64,000 nt of DNA from Malacoraja senta (Eukaryota). The position numbers and the translations under genes were made by a program. Positions 12,141-25,589 of this stretch are shown piece by piece. The stretch lies in assembly GCA_038087875.1 (NCBI GenBank), contig CM075988.1, positions 3,720,001 to 3,784,000 on the forward strand, given 5' to 3'. Position 1 is the first letter of the stretch. The number at the start of each line of letters is the position of its first letter. The notes below the pieces were generated by a model. That model was not told where the DNA came from and ran no database searches. It saw only the letters and a list, made by a program, of their open reading frames with translations.

Positions 12141-13132
12141 TTATTCTTTAACTGTGACCCCTGGTTCTGGACTCCCCCAACATCAGAAACATTTTTCCTG
12201 CATCTAGCCTGTTCAATCCTTTAGTAATTTTATATATTTCTATATGATCCTCTCATCCTTCTAAATTCCAGTGAATATAGGCACAGTCGACCCATTCTTT
12301 CATCATATGTCAGTCCCGTCATCCCGGGAATTAACCTGGTGAACCTACGCTGCACTCCCTCAATTGCAATAATGTCCTTCTTCAAATTAGGAGACCAAAA
12401 CTGCACACAATACTCCAGGTGCGGTCTCACCAGGGCCCTGTACAACTGCAGTAGGACCTCCTTGCTCCTGAACTCAAATCCTCGCGCAATGAAGGCCAAC
12501 ATGCCATTAGCTTTCTTCACTGCCTGCTGTACCTGCATGCTTACTTTCAGTGACTGATGTACAAGCACACCCAGGTCTTGTTGCACCTCCCCATTTCCTA
12601 ATCTGACACCATTCAGATAATAATCAGCTTTCTTGTTCTTGCCGCCAATGTGGATAACCTCACATTTATCCACATTACACTGCATCTACCATGCTTCTGC
12701 CCACTCACCCAACCTATCCAAGTCACCCTGCAGCCTCATAGCATCCTCCTCGCAGCTCACACTGCCACCCAGCTTTGTGTCATCCGCAAACTTGGAGATG
12801 TCATATCTCCATCTAAATCGTTAATATATATTGTAAATAACTGTGGTCCCAGCACCGAGCCTTGCGGCACCCCACTAGTCACTGCCTGCCATTCTGAAAA
12901 GGACCCGTTAATTCCTACTCTACTTCCTGTCTGCCAACCAGTTCTCGATCCGTCAATACCCTACCCCCAATACCATTTGTTCTAATTTTGCACACTAATC
13001 TTCAATGATCATCAGATGCAGAGTGAGGACCTCCATGGGAGAATATATAACCAACATGTAGAATGCTGCTTGCCAGAGGAAGGACATCTTTATCAACTGA
13101 TGCAGAGAAAATGCACTCAGTTACATGCGCAT

Positions 13133-13442
13133 AGGCATGGTGGCAGTGGTGTTGCGGTAGCGTTGCTGCCTGACAGCAGCAAAGACCTGGGTTCGATCCT
13201 GACCATGGGAGCTGTCTGTTTGAGTTTGTAGGTTCTCCCTGTGACCTGCGTGGGTTTTCCCAGTTGCTCCGGTTTCCTCCCACACTCCAAAGACATACAG
13301 GTTTGTATGTTAATTGGCTTCGGTAAAGATTGTAAATTGTCCCTAGTGATTAGGATAGCGCTGGTGTGCGGGGATCGCTGGTCGGTGTGGACACGATGGC
13401 AGAAGGGCCTGTTTCTCTGTATCTAAACTAAACTAAACTAAA
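13133..13442 (+). mobile_element. V-SINE (HE1-like)
   Basis: B-box gggttcgatcc, V-domain, (taaac)n tail. Confidence 0.85.
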
Positions 13443-13799
13443 GATACACAACTTGGAAGGAAAATAAGAGTTAATGTTGAAGACTTAACATTGGAACAAG
13501 TTCTGATGATGTGGTAATTGACTTAAAATATTAATTCTATCCCGCTCTCCACAGATGCTAGCTACCTTGTCAAGTTCTTCCAGCAATTACTGCTTTTATT
13601 TCAGATTTCTGCTCAATGTTTTTGTCTTTGATCAGAGAAGGGATGCTCATGTTCCTTGGGCGATTGATCTTGCTCATCTCATGAGAGGAGGGTAAGTCTT
13701 ACTTCAAGCGTGGATTCATAGTCATACACCACGGAAACAGGCTCTTTGGCCCAACAAGCCCATGCTGACCAAAATGCCCCTTCTACACTATTCCCTCCT

Positions 13800-14062
13800 T
13801 TTTACTTTAGTTTAGTTTAGAGATACAGCGCGGAAACAGGCCACTCGGCCCTCCGAGTCCGCACCGACCAGCGATCCCCGCACATTAACATTTTCCTACA
13901 CATATTAGGTACAATTTACACTTATACCAAGCCAATTAACCTACAAACCTGGGAGATCGTACAAACTCCATGCAGACAGCACCCATAGTTGAGATCGAAC
14001 CCGAGTCTCTGCCGCTGCAAGCGTTGTAAGGCAGCAACTCTACCGCTACGCCACCGTGCCGC
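13800..14062 (-). mobile_element. V-SINE (internally deleted)
   Basis: (tttag)n...ggaaacaggcc...gcaactctaccgctacgccaccgtgccgcc. Confidence 0.8.
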
Positions 14063-14269
14063 CTGCCAGCGTTTGGCCCATATCTCTCTAAATCTTTCCA
14101 ATCCATGCACCTGTTAATGTTCCTGTACCATGTACCTACCTCAACTACCTCCTCTGGCAGCCCATTCCATGGATGCACCACCTTCTGTGTGAAAGAGTTG
14201 CCCTTAAGGTTCCTGTTAAATCTTTCCCCTATCACCTTAAACCTTGCCCAACTGATCAAGATCCAGCTA

Positions 14270-14700
14270 TAAATAAACGATAGGAGCAAGATTAGGCCAT
14301 TCAGGCCATCAAGTCTACTCCACAATTCAATCATGTTGATCTATCTCTCCCTCCTAACTCCATTCTCCTGCCTTCTCCCCATAACCCCTGACACCCGCAC
14401 TAACCAAGAATCTATCTATCTCTGCCTTGAAAGTGTTCATTGACTTGGCCTCCGCAGCCTTCTGTGGCAATGAATTCCGTAGTTTCCCCACCCTCTGTCT
14501 AAAGAAATTCCTCCTCATCTCCTTCCTAAAGGAACCTTTAAATCTGACCTCTAGTCTGAGACTCTCCCACTAGTGGAAATATCCTCTCCACATCCACCCT
14601 ATCCAAGCCTTTCACTATTCGGTAAGTTTCAGACAGGTCTCCCTTTCATGCTTCTAAACTCCAGCGAGCACAGGCCCAGTGCCTTCAAACGCTCATCATT
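14270..14700 (-). mobile_element. CR1 LINE 3' fragment
   Basis: Near-identical in style to 4740-5100. Confidence 0.7.
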
Positions 14701-15315
14701 GATAACCATTTCTGCTATCTATAATACCATGCGCTATAGTGTAATTTGCAAACAAACTAATACTAATGTCTTGCACATTCTCATCCAGTTGTTAATAGCT
14801 CATGGTCAATTTATGCTCAGGTTCGGCTGCAAAGGCATTTAACAAAATCAGTGTGAATTCAGAAGGGTATGAGCTATATATATTATATATTATTAACACG
14901 CACCTATCAACAACTTTGCATGTCAAAAATGAATCAGGTTCTGCTCTGATGGATAATGGAATTGGCTTTTCTCCATCCATTTCTAGCACAAATGAAATAA
15001 AAAAGCGGATTCACTCGCAGAAAGTGTGCAAATTCATCTTGAAGGGAAACAAGCTTAGAATATAGATATTTCATCCACCGTTAGAATAATGCGATCAGCA
15101 ATCCTGCCAGAAAAATTGGAACTAGTGGCATTTGTGGGTTTAAATGAGCGATGCTTTCTCCCTGCATGAGGTTCAGGTGCACAGTTCCATCTTCCTACTC
15201 CGTAGCTGGTATTTTTATACGTGTTTTCTCAGGACAACTTATTTGGACTTTTACTAAAAGACCAGCGTATGGAACATACTGCCGGTGTTGGTGGTGGAGG
15301 CAGATACGATAGTGG

Positions 15316-16108
15316 TGATAATATTGGCCAAATAAAACATGTCACAAAATGGAGAATCTCTGCATTTGCAAAGCCTGCTTATCCTCTTTCTGTGAAAGGT
15401 TGCAGGGCTATGAGTCAAGGCACCAAGTTGTCTGGACCCTGGGAGGACGTTGAGGTCCAGATGTCCTCTCTATTGTTAATATGTATGAGGGTTTTGCAGA
15501 AAGAGCTGAGCAGGGTTGCAAATGCATGATTAGGATTTGTTATAGAATGGGGGTGTTATAAAGTATTGTTAATTATGTTGCAGAGTGTTTGTGCTGTTAT
15601 CTTGTTATTGATTAAAGTATGGAGCCTTGTTCAAATTGTTTATACTACCTGGGGAAATATTTCTTTACTTTGGTGAACTATCTTCCAACTAGAACCTTCT
15701 GTGGAAACAATGTAATCGGGTACTTTGTGATTGGGTTAGGGAGCTGTCAATAAATGTATCATATGATCTTTATTTGTGATTGGCTTGTAGGGGTTGACAC
15801 CCCCCCCCCCCCCCCCCCATGTATTTTCGCGCCACGGGTCTGATACAGTATAAAGGAGGGGACACCACATGGATAGGAGTCGATCTTCTGGACATGCACT
15901 TGGGACTGTGTTGACTGTCTGGAGGTGTCTATTCGCACGAGGCTGAAGGGCTTGGATGAGTAGAGACAAGGATCGGACCCGCAGTGTTGGTTAGGTATCG
16001 TAGAGTAATTTTGTTTGTGAGTGAGAGTAAAGAGTTAGTTGATCCAGTGCTTGACTCAGTGTTTTTCTGAACTAGACTAAGGGGGTAACCTGTAGGAGCA
16101 TAATTACA
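15316..16108 (+). mobile_element. Solo LTR (Gypsy or ERV type), 793 bp
   Basis: TG...CA ends (tgataat...taattaca); 4-bp TSD GTGG at 15312-15315 and 16109-16112. It splits a CR1 3' fragment (gatacgatagtgg|cgtttaagaggc). Internal TATAAA near 15849 and AGTAAA near 16026. Confidence 0.75.
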
Positions 16109-16349
16109 GTGGCGTTTAAGAGGCTTTTAGATAGGCACATGGAAGAGCAGGGAATAGAGGGAAATGGATCATGTGTAGGCAGCGGAGATCAGCTTTACTT
16201 GGTGTCATGTCCAGCACAAACATGTGGGCCGATGGGCCTGTTTCTGTGCTGCACTGTTTTATGTTCTATGTTACAGTTCAATGAGAGGGACCGTCATATT
16301 TTGTCTAATACCAGAACTATTATACATTTCCTTTAAAAATTTTAGAATT

Positions 16350-17185
16350 TCGACTTTAGAGATACAGTGTGGAAACAGGCCCTTCGGCCCACCGATCACC
16401 CATTCACTTGCACGATCTTACATACGAGGGACTATTTACAATTTTACCAAAGCCAGTTAATCTAAAACCCTGTACATCTTTGGAATGTGGGAGGAAACTG
16501 GGGGTCCCGGAGAAAACCCACTCGGTCACAGGGAGAAACATAGAAACATAGAAACATAGAAAATAGGTGCAGGAGTAGGCCATTCATCCCTTCGAGCCTG
16601 CACCGCCATTCAATACGATCATGGCTGATCATCCAACTCAGTATCCTGTACCTGCCTTCTCTCCATACCTCCTGATCCCTTTAGCCGCAAGGGCCACATC
16701 TAACTCCCTCTTAAATATAGCCAATGAACTGGCCTCAACTACCTTCTGTGGCAGAGAATTCCACAGATTCACCATTCTCTGTGTGAAATTTATTTTTCTC
16801 ATCTTGGTCCAAAAAGACTTCCCCCTTATCCTTTAACTGTGACCCCTTGTTCTGGACTTCCCCAACATCGGGAACAATCTTCCTGCATCTAGCCTGACCA
16901 ACCCCTTAAGAATTTGGTAAGTTGCTTTAAGATCCCCCCTCAATCTTCTAAATTCTAGCGAGGACAAGCCGAGTCTATCCAGTCTTTCTTCATATGAAAG
17001 TCCTGCCATCCCAGGAATCAGTCTGGTGAACCTTGTCTGTACTCCCTCTATGGCAAGAATGTCTTTCCTCAGATTAGGAGACCAAACTTCGCACAAACTC
17101 CATACAGACTGCACTCATTGCCAGGATTGAATCCAGGCCTCCGACGCTGTAAGGCAGTAACTCAACCGCTGTGCCACCATGGCGT
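16350..17185 (-). mobile_element. V-SINE interrupted by a CR1 3' fragment (about 16534-17092)
   Basis: SINE gggaga|...|caaactcc is split. CR1 ORF 16833-17114 WSPNLRKDILAIEGVQTRFTRLIPG and (catagaaa)n tail. Confidence 0.8.
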
Positions 17186-17224
17186 CCAACTGCGCAATTC
17201 ATTTTTCCACTTATTAATTAATAA

Positions 17225-17525
17225 ACCTCATTCGAGATTTTGGCAGAGCTAATTTATTTCATTTCAACACGATTTAATTTCAGAACTAATTTATTTAATT
17301 TCAACACGATACAAAAACCCAAAAAAACAACAACACCGTGGTGACATGCCCACCACCATGTTACAAAATCATCATACAACTATGTTACAAATATTATAAT
17401 AACTACTATACAACCCCGGTAAAGGGGCAAGCATCTGGCTCGGGCAAAGCCTGGTGCCGTGATAGCCAGCTTGGCCAGGCCTAGGAGCAACCCAACCAGC
17501 ACATCTTCAGCCCTGCCTACTCCCT
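17225..17525 (-). mobile_element. Tx1/L1-type LINE 3' fragment
   Basis: Minus translation VGRAEDVLVGLLLGLAKLAI; 3' UTR similar to 8598-8853 (cccaccaccat...ttacaa). Confidence 0.55.
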
Positions 17526-18202
17526 AGGTCCCGTCACCAGTCCTTCGGTCACTGACAGCAGAGCCAATCCTCCCCTTGCGGACCCTAGGTGGAGTGGCGA
17601 TGCTCCTTGCCCTCCGGACCCTGGCTGCAAGGGACGCTCCACTGGTCCCTCTAAGCAGAGCAAATTCTAGTGGTGCCGACTTCCTCCCAGGGGAAGAAAG
17701 TTTCTGGACAGTGTAGCAGGAGCTGTTGTTTCTCAGCCCAATGCCCGCATGAGTTATAAAGGATGGGGTTAATGTGGAGGAGAAATCTGACTGCTGTTGG
17801 GCAAGCTACTGAGCATGTTGTCAGAGCGAGACAGTCTTCCAAGAACTGAGGAATAGTCTTCAGAAGACTGCTGGAAGCAACTCAGGAAGAAAAATAATAA
17901 CAGCATTAATAATAGAACAGGATTAAAATTGTCTTTGAACATTTCTGTTTATTAGTTTTCAAAAATAAAAATCAAAGGGATATAACCAGACTCTCAAGAA
18001 GCAAACGTTTAGGTAGTACAGACATCAGAGACAGCAGATGCTGGAAAGTTGAGAAAGAAAGTATTGGAGGATTCAGCAGGTCAGGCAACATCCGGGGAGG
18101 GGATGGAGGTGGCGGCGTTTAGAGTTGGGACCCTTCTTAATCCTGTCCAAACTGAAACGTGACCTGTCCATTCGCTTCCCCGATGCTGCCTGAGTTTATC
18201 GA

Positions 18203-18700
18203 GCACAGTGGTGCAGTGGTAGAGTTGCTGCCTTATAGCGCCGGAGACCCGGGTTCAATCCTAACTAAAGGGCCTGTCCCACTTTCACGACCTAATTCAC
18301 GATCTCTGCCGAGTTTGCCCTTGACTCATACTCGCAGCATGGTCGTCACGAGGTCGTAGGAGGTCGTAGGTAGGTTGTAGCAGGCAGTGATGCTAGTCGT
18401 AGGTACTCGTGGCATCAAGTAGGTCGGGGCGTTTTTCATGAATTAGGTCGTGAAAGTGGGACAGGCCCTTTAGGGTGCTGTCTGTCCGGAGTTTGTACGT
18501 TCTCCCCGCGACCGCGTGGGTTTTCCCCGAGTGCTCCGTTTTCCTCCCACACTCCAGACGTACAGGTTTGTAGGTTATTTGGCATTGGTGAAATTGTAAA
18601 TGGTCCCCAGTGTGTCGGATAGTGCTACAGTCTGTGGTGATCGCTAGTGGGCACGGATTCAGTGTGTGGTACGGCCTGTTTCTACGCTGCATCTCTATAC
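18203..18700 (+). mobile_element. V-SINE interrupted by a MITE
   Basis: ggttcaatcctaac|...|gggtgctgtctgt. Confidence 0.8.
18269..18469. mobile_element. PIF/Harbinger-like MITE (201 bp)
   Basis: 31-bp perfect TIR agggcctgtcccactttcacgacctaattca / tgaattaggtcgtgaaagtgggacaggccct; flanks TAA / TTA. Confidence 0.8.
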
Positions 18701-18842
18701 AATACATGATTACAATCGATTTACAGTATATCGATACGTGATAAGGGAATAACGTTTAGTGCAAGGTAAAGCCAGCAAAGTCTGTACAAGGATAGTCCAA
18801 GGGTTACCAAAGAGGTAGATAGTAGGTCAGGACGACTCTACC

Positions 18843-19072
18843 ATTTTTTTTTAACCAAAAATAATTTAAATCAAATATTTATAAAAATGATATGTACAGT
18901 ACAAACAAACCCACCACCACAATATAAAGTACAACAAATATTCTTAAATACTGAATATAAATTAACTGTTTCACAATCCTTGTTAAGGATAGATCTCACC
19001 CCCATGGTGCCCAATGGTCCCGCCAATCCCCCAGGGCGCCCGTGGACAGCACATAGCCCCCTTGCTCTTCCA
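18843..19072 (-). mobile_element. Tx1/L1-type LINE 3' end
   Basis: Poly-T start; ggtgcccaatggtcccgccaatcccccagggcgcccgtggacagc aligns with 8763-8810. Confidence 0.65.
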
Positions 19073-19140
19073 TTGACAGGGTGGGTGTGTGGGTGACTGC
19101 CGCTGGCAATGTGCCACCAGTAGGCGGTCAGAAACGTGTT

Positions 19141-19662
19141 GACATTCCTGCTATTGAGGGAGTGCAGTGTAGGTTTACAAGGTTAATTCCCGGGATGGCG
19201 GGACTGTCATATGCTGAGAGAATGGAGCGGCTGGGCTTGTATACTCTGGAGTTTAGAAGGATGAGGGGATCTTATTGAAACATATAAGATTATTAAGGGT
19301 TTGGACACACTCAAGGCAGGAAACATGTTCCCGATGTTGGGGGAGTCCAGAACCAGGGGCCACATTTTAAGAATAAGGGGTAAGCCATTTAGAACGGAGA
19401 CGAGGAAACACTTTTTCACACAGAGAGTTGTGAGTCTGTGGAATTCTCTGCCTCAGAGGGCGGTGGAGGCTCGTTCTCTGGATACTTTCAAGAGAGAGCT
19501 AGATAGGGCTCTTAAAGGTAGGTAGATATACTGTCAGGGGATATGGGGAGAAGGGAGGAACGGGGTACTGATTGGGGATTATCAGCCATGATCACATTGA
19601 ATGACGGTGCTGGCTCGAAGTGCGGAATGGCCTACTCCTGCACCTATTGTCTATTGTCTATT
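19141..19662 (+). mobile_element. CR1 LINE 3' fragment
   Basis: DIPAIEGVQCRFTRLIPG...FTQRVVSLWNSLPQ; (ctattgt)n tail. Confidence 0.85.
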
Positions 19663-20128
19663 GACCCCTCCATCGAAAGAGACTTGGCAATCTGCCGAGG
19701 GTCACCAGCAGACCAATGACCCTCGTGATCACGGAAAATATTTCAGGTAAAATGAAGTCTGAGATTAGCACAGCAAATGGCAATTATAGCCAGCTTTTCA
19801 CAAATGTCAACAGAAATGTTAAATTAATAGCCCTGTAGAAAATAATGAAACTCTCCGGACGTGAAATATTTGCCATGTTTTGTTATAATCTTTGAGCACT
19901 GCAATTACATGGCTGATTGCTTGCTATTATACCGCCGCTCAGAGGCTCATGGCCAAGTGGTGTGATTCCCTCTCCACACGTCCCAGTTCAACGTCAGCCA
20001 CTCCTTCTCTTTTGGCCCTGTGCCTGCCCTCAAATTCTCCCTTCTGCTGATCCTCATTTTGTTGGGGGTTTCATGACACAAGCATCCTCCACTAACTGCT
20101 TCATGCCCACCCTCTCCATCTGACCTTA

Positions 20129-20425
20129 GTGTGGCATGGGGGCGCAGCGGTAGAGTTGCTGCCTTAGAGGGCCAGAGCCCCCGGTCCCGGGTTCGATCCT
20201 GACCACGGGTGCTGTCTGTATGGAGTTTGCACCTTCTCCCCGTGACCCGCGTGGGTTTACTCCGAGATCTTCGATTTCCTCCCACACTCCAGGTTTGGCT
20301 TTGTATAAATGTAAAATTGTCCTCAGTGTGTGTAGGATTGTGTTAGTGTGCAGGGATCGCTGGTTGGTGTGGACTCGGTGGGCCGAAAGGCCTGATTCAG
20401 CGCTGTATCTCTAAACTATGCTAAA
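20129..20425 (+). mobile_element. V-SINE
   Basis: A/B boxes and tail. Confidence 0.8.
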
Positions 20426-21212
20426 TTTCTTCACACTCCTTACCCCATCACTTAGGAAGCTTAATTACCCAATTGGATGATGCAGCGTGCAATTATGTCA
20501 CAATGTCAACAACCTGAAACATCCAGAGACATGGAACTGCAGATGCTGGAACGTTGAGCAAAACACAAAGTGCTGGAGGAACTCAGCAGGACAGACAGCA
20601 TCTGTGGAGAGAAATGGACAGGCAACGTTTCCGGTCGGGAAGATAGACACAAAATGCTGGTGTAAATCAGAGGGTCAGGCAGCATCTCCCCATCCTCACA
20701 GAAGGGGTCTGAAGAAGGGTCTTGACCCACAATGTCACCTATTCCTTGTTTGCTCACTGACCTGCTGAGTTTACTCCAACATTTTGTGTCTATCTTCCGT
20801 GTAAAGCATCATCTGTAGTTCCTTTCGACACATTTCTGGTCGAGATCCTTCTTCAGAGTGAAACATTAATGGTGTTTCTCTTTAGTTTGTTCATTTTTAG
20901 TTAATTAGTTGAGTTTATTGTCACGTGAACCGAGGTACAGTGAAAAGCTTCCGTTGCGTGCTAACTAGTCAGCGGAAAGACTATCACAGATGCAGCATGA
21001 CCTAGTGGGTATTTCCAGCTCTCTCTGTTTTTATTTCTGATTTTCTCTTGTGGGATAATCCAGAACGAGGGGGACACTCAATAATATGAGCGATCACCTA
21101 TTCAAAGCTGAAACGAGGTATCGTTTTTCCAAAGATTGGTACTTTGGAAAAGACCTACTCAGGGGTCATTGGAGGCAAAGTTTTTAACTTGGTTTGCAGC
21201 AGTTGTAGATAA

Positions 21213-21527
21213 AGGGTGGCACAGTGGCGCAGCAGTAGAGTTGATGCCATACAGCGCCAGAGACCCAGGTTCGATCCCGACTACAGATGCTGTCTGTACT
21301 GAATTTGTACATTGTCCCCGTGACCTGCGTGGGTTTTCTCCGAGATCTTTGGTTTCCTCCCACACTCCAAAGATGTACAGGTTTGTAGGTTAATTGGCTT
21401 GGTAAATGTAAAATTGTGCCTAGTGTGTGTCGGATAGTGTTGGTGTGCGGGGATCGCAGGCCGGTGCGGATTCTGTGGGCCGAATGGTCTGTTTCCGCGC
21501 TGTATCTCTAAATTAAACTGAACTAAA
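21213..21527 (+). mobile_element. V-SINE
   Basis: gggtggcacagtggcgcagc...ggttcgatcc...ggtttcctcccacactcc...tail. Confidence 0.85.
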
Positions 21528-21888
21528 AGATGGATAATGAATAAGCAGAGGAGGGGGAGTTTACTGTGGGCGGACCAAACCACAGTTGAAGCACTGACAT
21601 CAACGATGATCCTATTAACTAACGTAGCACGCCCAGCTGGGCCCCAGCCTGCTACTGTTTCTGATGTGTACGTTAATTAGCCGGGACCTTCAGCATCTAC
21701 ATTTGTCATTTTATGAGTCAGCTTTAACCTGCCTCCAATATTTATTTCGCAAATGAATGTTGAAACTAACGATCATTCCCGTGAATTTATTACCGTTGCT
21801 GTGCTGTCATTTTCCACAATTGTTCTCCGTCATTGTTGCCTTCGGGTAGAAATCTCCAGCCAGCTTCTTCCCCCATTAACTTGGGACA

Positions 21889-22120
21889 GTTTAGTTTAGT
21901 TTAGAGATATAGCGTGGAAACCGGCCCTTCGGTCCACCGAGTCCGTGCCGACCAGCGATCCCCACACACTAACGCTATCCTACACACACGAGGGACAATT
22001 TACATTTATACCAAGCCAATTAACCTATAAACCTGCACGTCTTTGGAGTGTTGGAGGAAACGGAAGATCTCAGAGAAAAACCCACGCAGGTCACGGGGAG
22101 AAAGTACAAACTCCACACAG
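21889..22120 (-). mobile_element. V-SINE (tail half)
   Basis: (tttag)n and reverse-complement tail/V-domain. Confidence 0.8.
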
Positions 22121-22136
22121 ACAGCACTCAAGCTAC

Positions 22137-22715
22137 AAGATACATTTATTTGTCACATGTACCAATTGGCTCAGTGAAATGTGTGGTCACCATACAGCCA
22201 TACGAATAAAAAAGAGCACAGAACACGATAGTCTTTAACACAGACATCCCCACACAGCGGGATCAAAGTTTCCCACTGTGAAGGAAGGCACCAAAGTTCA
22301 GTCATCCTCCTCTGTTGTCCTCTGTTGTTCACCCGTGGTCGGGGGGGCTCCCGAATCCCTCGCTGTCGCCGCTACGGGCGGCCCGATGTTCAGGCCCACT
22401 CGCCGGATGATGGAACTCCGACGTCGGAACGGGAGAACAACCTCAGCGGCTTGGACATCCGAATCGGCCACTTCCTACCGGAGTCCGCGGCTCCCGACGT
22501 CAACAGGCCGCGCTGGGCGGAGATTCACGCTGGCGGCCCCAGGATTCTGCGATGTTGAAGTCAGCGCCGCCCGCGCTGGAAGCTCTACAAACCACAGCTC
22601 TGCGATGTTGAAGCAGCAGGCCCAACACTCCGGAGCCCCAAACGGCGATCCAGGTGAGGCATCGCCCGCTCCGCGATGTATCCAGCGCTGCGCCGCCGCT
22701 GCTGAAGCTCCGGGT
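22137..22715 (-). mobile_element. Unclassified CpG-rich interspersed repeat with a LINE-like 3' end
   Basis: Begins tttatttgtcacatgtacc, like the Rex/Babar-type tails elsewhere in the window; internal repeats of ctgcgatgttgaag. Confidence 0.4.
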
Positions 22716-23985
22716 GTTTCTGTATGTGTGTGTGTGCAAGTGTGTGTGTGTGTGGGTGTTTCTGTGTGTGTGTGTGGGTGCGTGTGTGTGTATATGAGTG
22801 TGTGTATGTTTATGTGGGGTGTGTGTATGTGAGTGTGTGTATGTATGTGTATATGTGTCTGTGTGTATGCGTGCGTGTCTGCATGTGTGTGTCTGTGTGT
22901 GTGTGAATCTATGCGTGTGTGTGTGTGTCTCTGTGTGTGTGTGCATGAATGTTTGTAAGTGTGTGTGCCTGTGTGCCTGTGTGTCTGTATATGTGTGTAT
23001 GTGTTTGTGTGTCTGTGTGTTTGTGTCTGTGTGTCTGTGTGTGAGTGTCTGTGCGTAGGTGCACGTGTGTGGGTGTGTCTCTGTGTGTATGAGTGTGTAT
23101 GAGTGTGTATGTGTGAATGTGTGTTGGTGCACACGTGTGTGTGTTTGTGTCTGTAGCTCTCTCTTACTGTGTGTCGGTGTATCTCTCTGAATGTGCATGT
23201 GTGTATTTATGTAACTATTTGTTTTTATGCATAGCCCTTGTTATCTGTGAGTGAGTGTTTTTTTACTTGTGTGTGTGTGTATATATACTGTACGTGTGTA
23301 TATCTTCATGTGTGTGTGTTTATATCCGTGTGTGTATACGTGTGTGTATATATGTGTGTGTGTGTGTATAAGTGTGTGTGTGTGTATGCATATATGTATA
23401 TATATGCATATCTGTATATGTGTGTATATGTGTGTATGTGTACATGTGCGTATATGTGTGTGTGTATATACGTGTGTATATACATGCCTGTGTATACACA
23501 TGTGTGTGTGTATATGTGTCTATATATATGTGTGTATGTGTGTGTAAATATATGTGTGTGTAAATACATGTGTGTGTATGTATATATATATACATGTGTG
23601 TTCTCTCTTCCTGTGTGTATGTATAGCTCTCTATGCATGTGTGTAGATTTGTGTAATTGTTGGTTTATTTTTTAACCCTCGTTATCTGTGTGTGCATTTG
23701 TGCGTACGCGCGCGCATGTGTGTGTCCCTGAGTGTGCGCGCACACTTGTATGTGTGTGTGTGAGTGTGTGTTTAAACATACGTGTACATGTTTCCCTCTA
23801 CCATGAGTATATTTCTGTGCATGTGCGTGTAATTGCATGATTATTTTTCTCGTATGTGTAGACCTCATTAGCTTCAAGTGGGAATTTCCTGGTTGTGTTT
23901 TGGGGCGTGTGATACTAAAACACTCCTGACTCTCCCTGGTTATCTCTGTGTTTGTACGTGATGTGTGGGCATGCGTGTGTGTATA
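22715..23985. repeat. Long degenerate (TG)n/(TA)n microsatellite
   Basis: Directly visible. Confidence 0.95.
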
Positions 23986-25589
23986 TCACTCACTCCCCAT
24001 GGGTGGCACGGACCTCCATTGTGGGATTCCTGCAGTCTGCTGGAGTAACTGTATGAGCAGGTAGTTTGCCTGTAATGTCGATAAGAGCAGAAGCTGATTT
24101 ACAGTTCTCCAGCTTCAGTGTCTGACTCCTGCCAGTGATTAGGGTGCAGCCAAGCTGCACACCAGACCGAGCGGCCTCTGTGTGTGTGTACAATGGATGA
24201 GAGGTCTCCCATCACCAGACAGAGATCTGTCACCATTGCAATCCAGCCTCCACTTACACAAAGCTTTTATTTGCTCAGCTGAATTAATCCATTTCAAAAT
24301 AGAACTGCACTCTCCTCATAAGCTCCAGCAGATGCTTTACGTGATAGGCACCGTAAGGAAATCAAAGTCCCACTGATTAATTTGTTCTCTCCATAGTGGC
24401 AATTGCTGCTCTACTAAAGCAAACCAGTTTGCAGCACGGGTGCTGGTGCAGGGGTGGGAGGTGTGATATACATGCCAGGCTCTTGCTGGGTATGTCCTCA
24501 GCCCAGGTCTGCACCTGTACCCTGTCTGCAGGTATACACAGGTTTGCAGGTATACACAGGTGTGCACCTGTACACAGCCGATGTTTTATGGGAGGGTTTG
24601 TAAACCCCACCAGGATGCTGCTGGATTAGAAACCCAACCATCTGACGCATGCAATACAAAAAACTGCAGATGCTGGTTTACAAAAAGAGACACAAAGTGC
24701 TGGAGTAACTCAGGGTCAGGCAGCATCTCTGAAAAACATGGAATGGTGATGTTTCGGGCCCGGAACGAGTTTCAGTCTGAAGATGGATGCCGACCTGAAA
24801 CATCATCGATCCATGTTCTCCAGAGATGCTGCCTGATCCGCTGAGTTACTCCAGCACTCTGTGCCTTCTTCCCATCTAATGAAGGCAACCAGGCCACCCT
24901 GAGGGGAAGAATTGAAATGCTGAAACACCAGAACAAAATTAGTACAAATTTAAGACCAATGGTCTCGACCCAAAATATCATCAAACCATATTCTCCAGAG
25001 ATGTTACTCCAGCATCTTGTGTCTATCTTTGGTGTAAACCAGCATCTGCAGTTCCATCCTACACAGTTACTCCAGTGCTTTGTGTCTTGTTTGTGTAAAC
25101 CAGCATCTGCAGTTCTTTGTATCTCATTTACCAGCATAGTGGACGAATGGCAGGACACCAACAACCATCTCCCTGGTGAGGTCATAAGGTCATAGGTGAT
25201 AGGAGTAGTAGCCATTTGGCCCATCAAGTCTACTCATGGTTGATCCCTCCATCTCCTGCCTTCTCCCCATAACCTCTGACATGTATTCTAATCAAGAATC
25301 TATCTACCTATCTATGATAGAACTATCATAGAACTATCTATCTTGGCCTTAAAGCTAAGGTGGAAGCAGGGATATCTCACCCTGCAGCGCAGTGGCCCAT
25401 GGTGCAGGAAACTGAGGGGGACTGTTCTCCCACTGGCTGGATGTGGAGACTGAGAACAACTGCAAGATCTATTGGTCGAGGGCCAGGATCTGGAGCTGGG
25501 TGATACTTCCCCAGAAATGACTCCCAGAGGTGGGGGCAATGTGGAGATGTCAGCTTCAGACCAATGAAGATATGGTCCAAGGGTCTTGA

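Larger units (their letters stand above)
8457..13000 (-). mobile_element. CR1 LINE 3' portion (RT region + tail), split by two younger insertions (8598-8853 and 9019-12140)
   Basis: Tail (catagaaa)n at 8457. ORF 12230-12685 LYRALVRPHLEYCVQFWSP...IEGVQRRFTRLIPG. Sequence ...ccccttattc|ttta actgtgacccc rejoins across the 9019-12140 insert. Confidence 0.88.

Noticed and set aside
21597..21668. C/D box snoRNA-like segment (acgatga...ctga with a short terminal stem)
   Set aside because: The C box is imperfect, the stem overlaps the D box, and I recognise no rRNA/snRNA antisense element.
22278..23675. Multiple 60-230-aa ORFs
   Set aside because: Low-complexity (TG)n repeats or GC-rich repeat sequence without stop codons.
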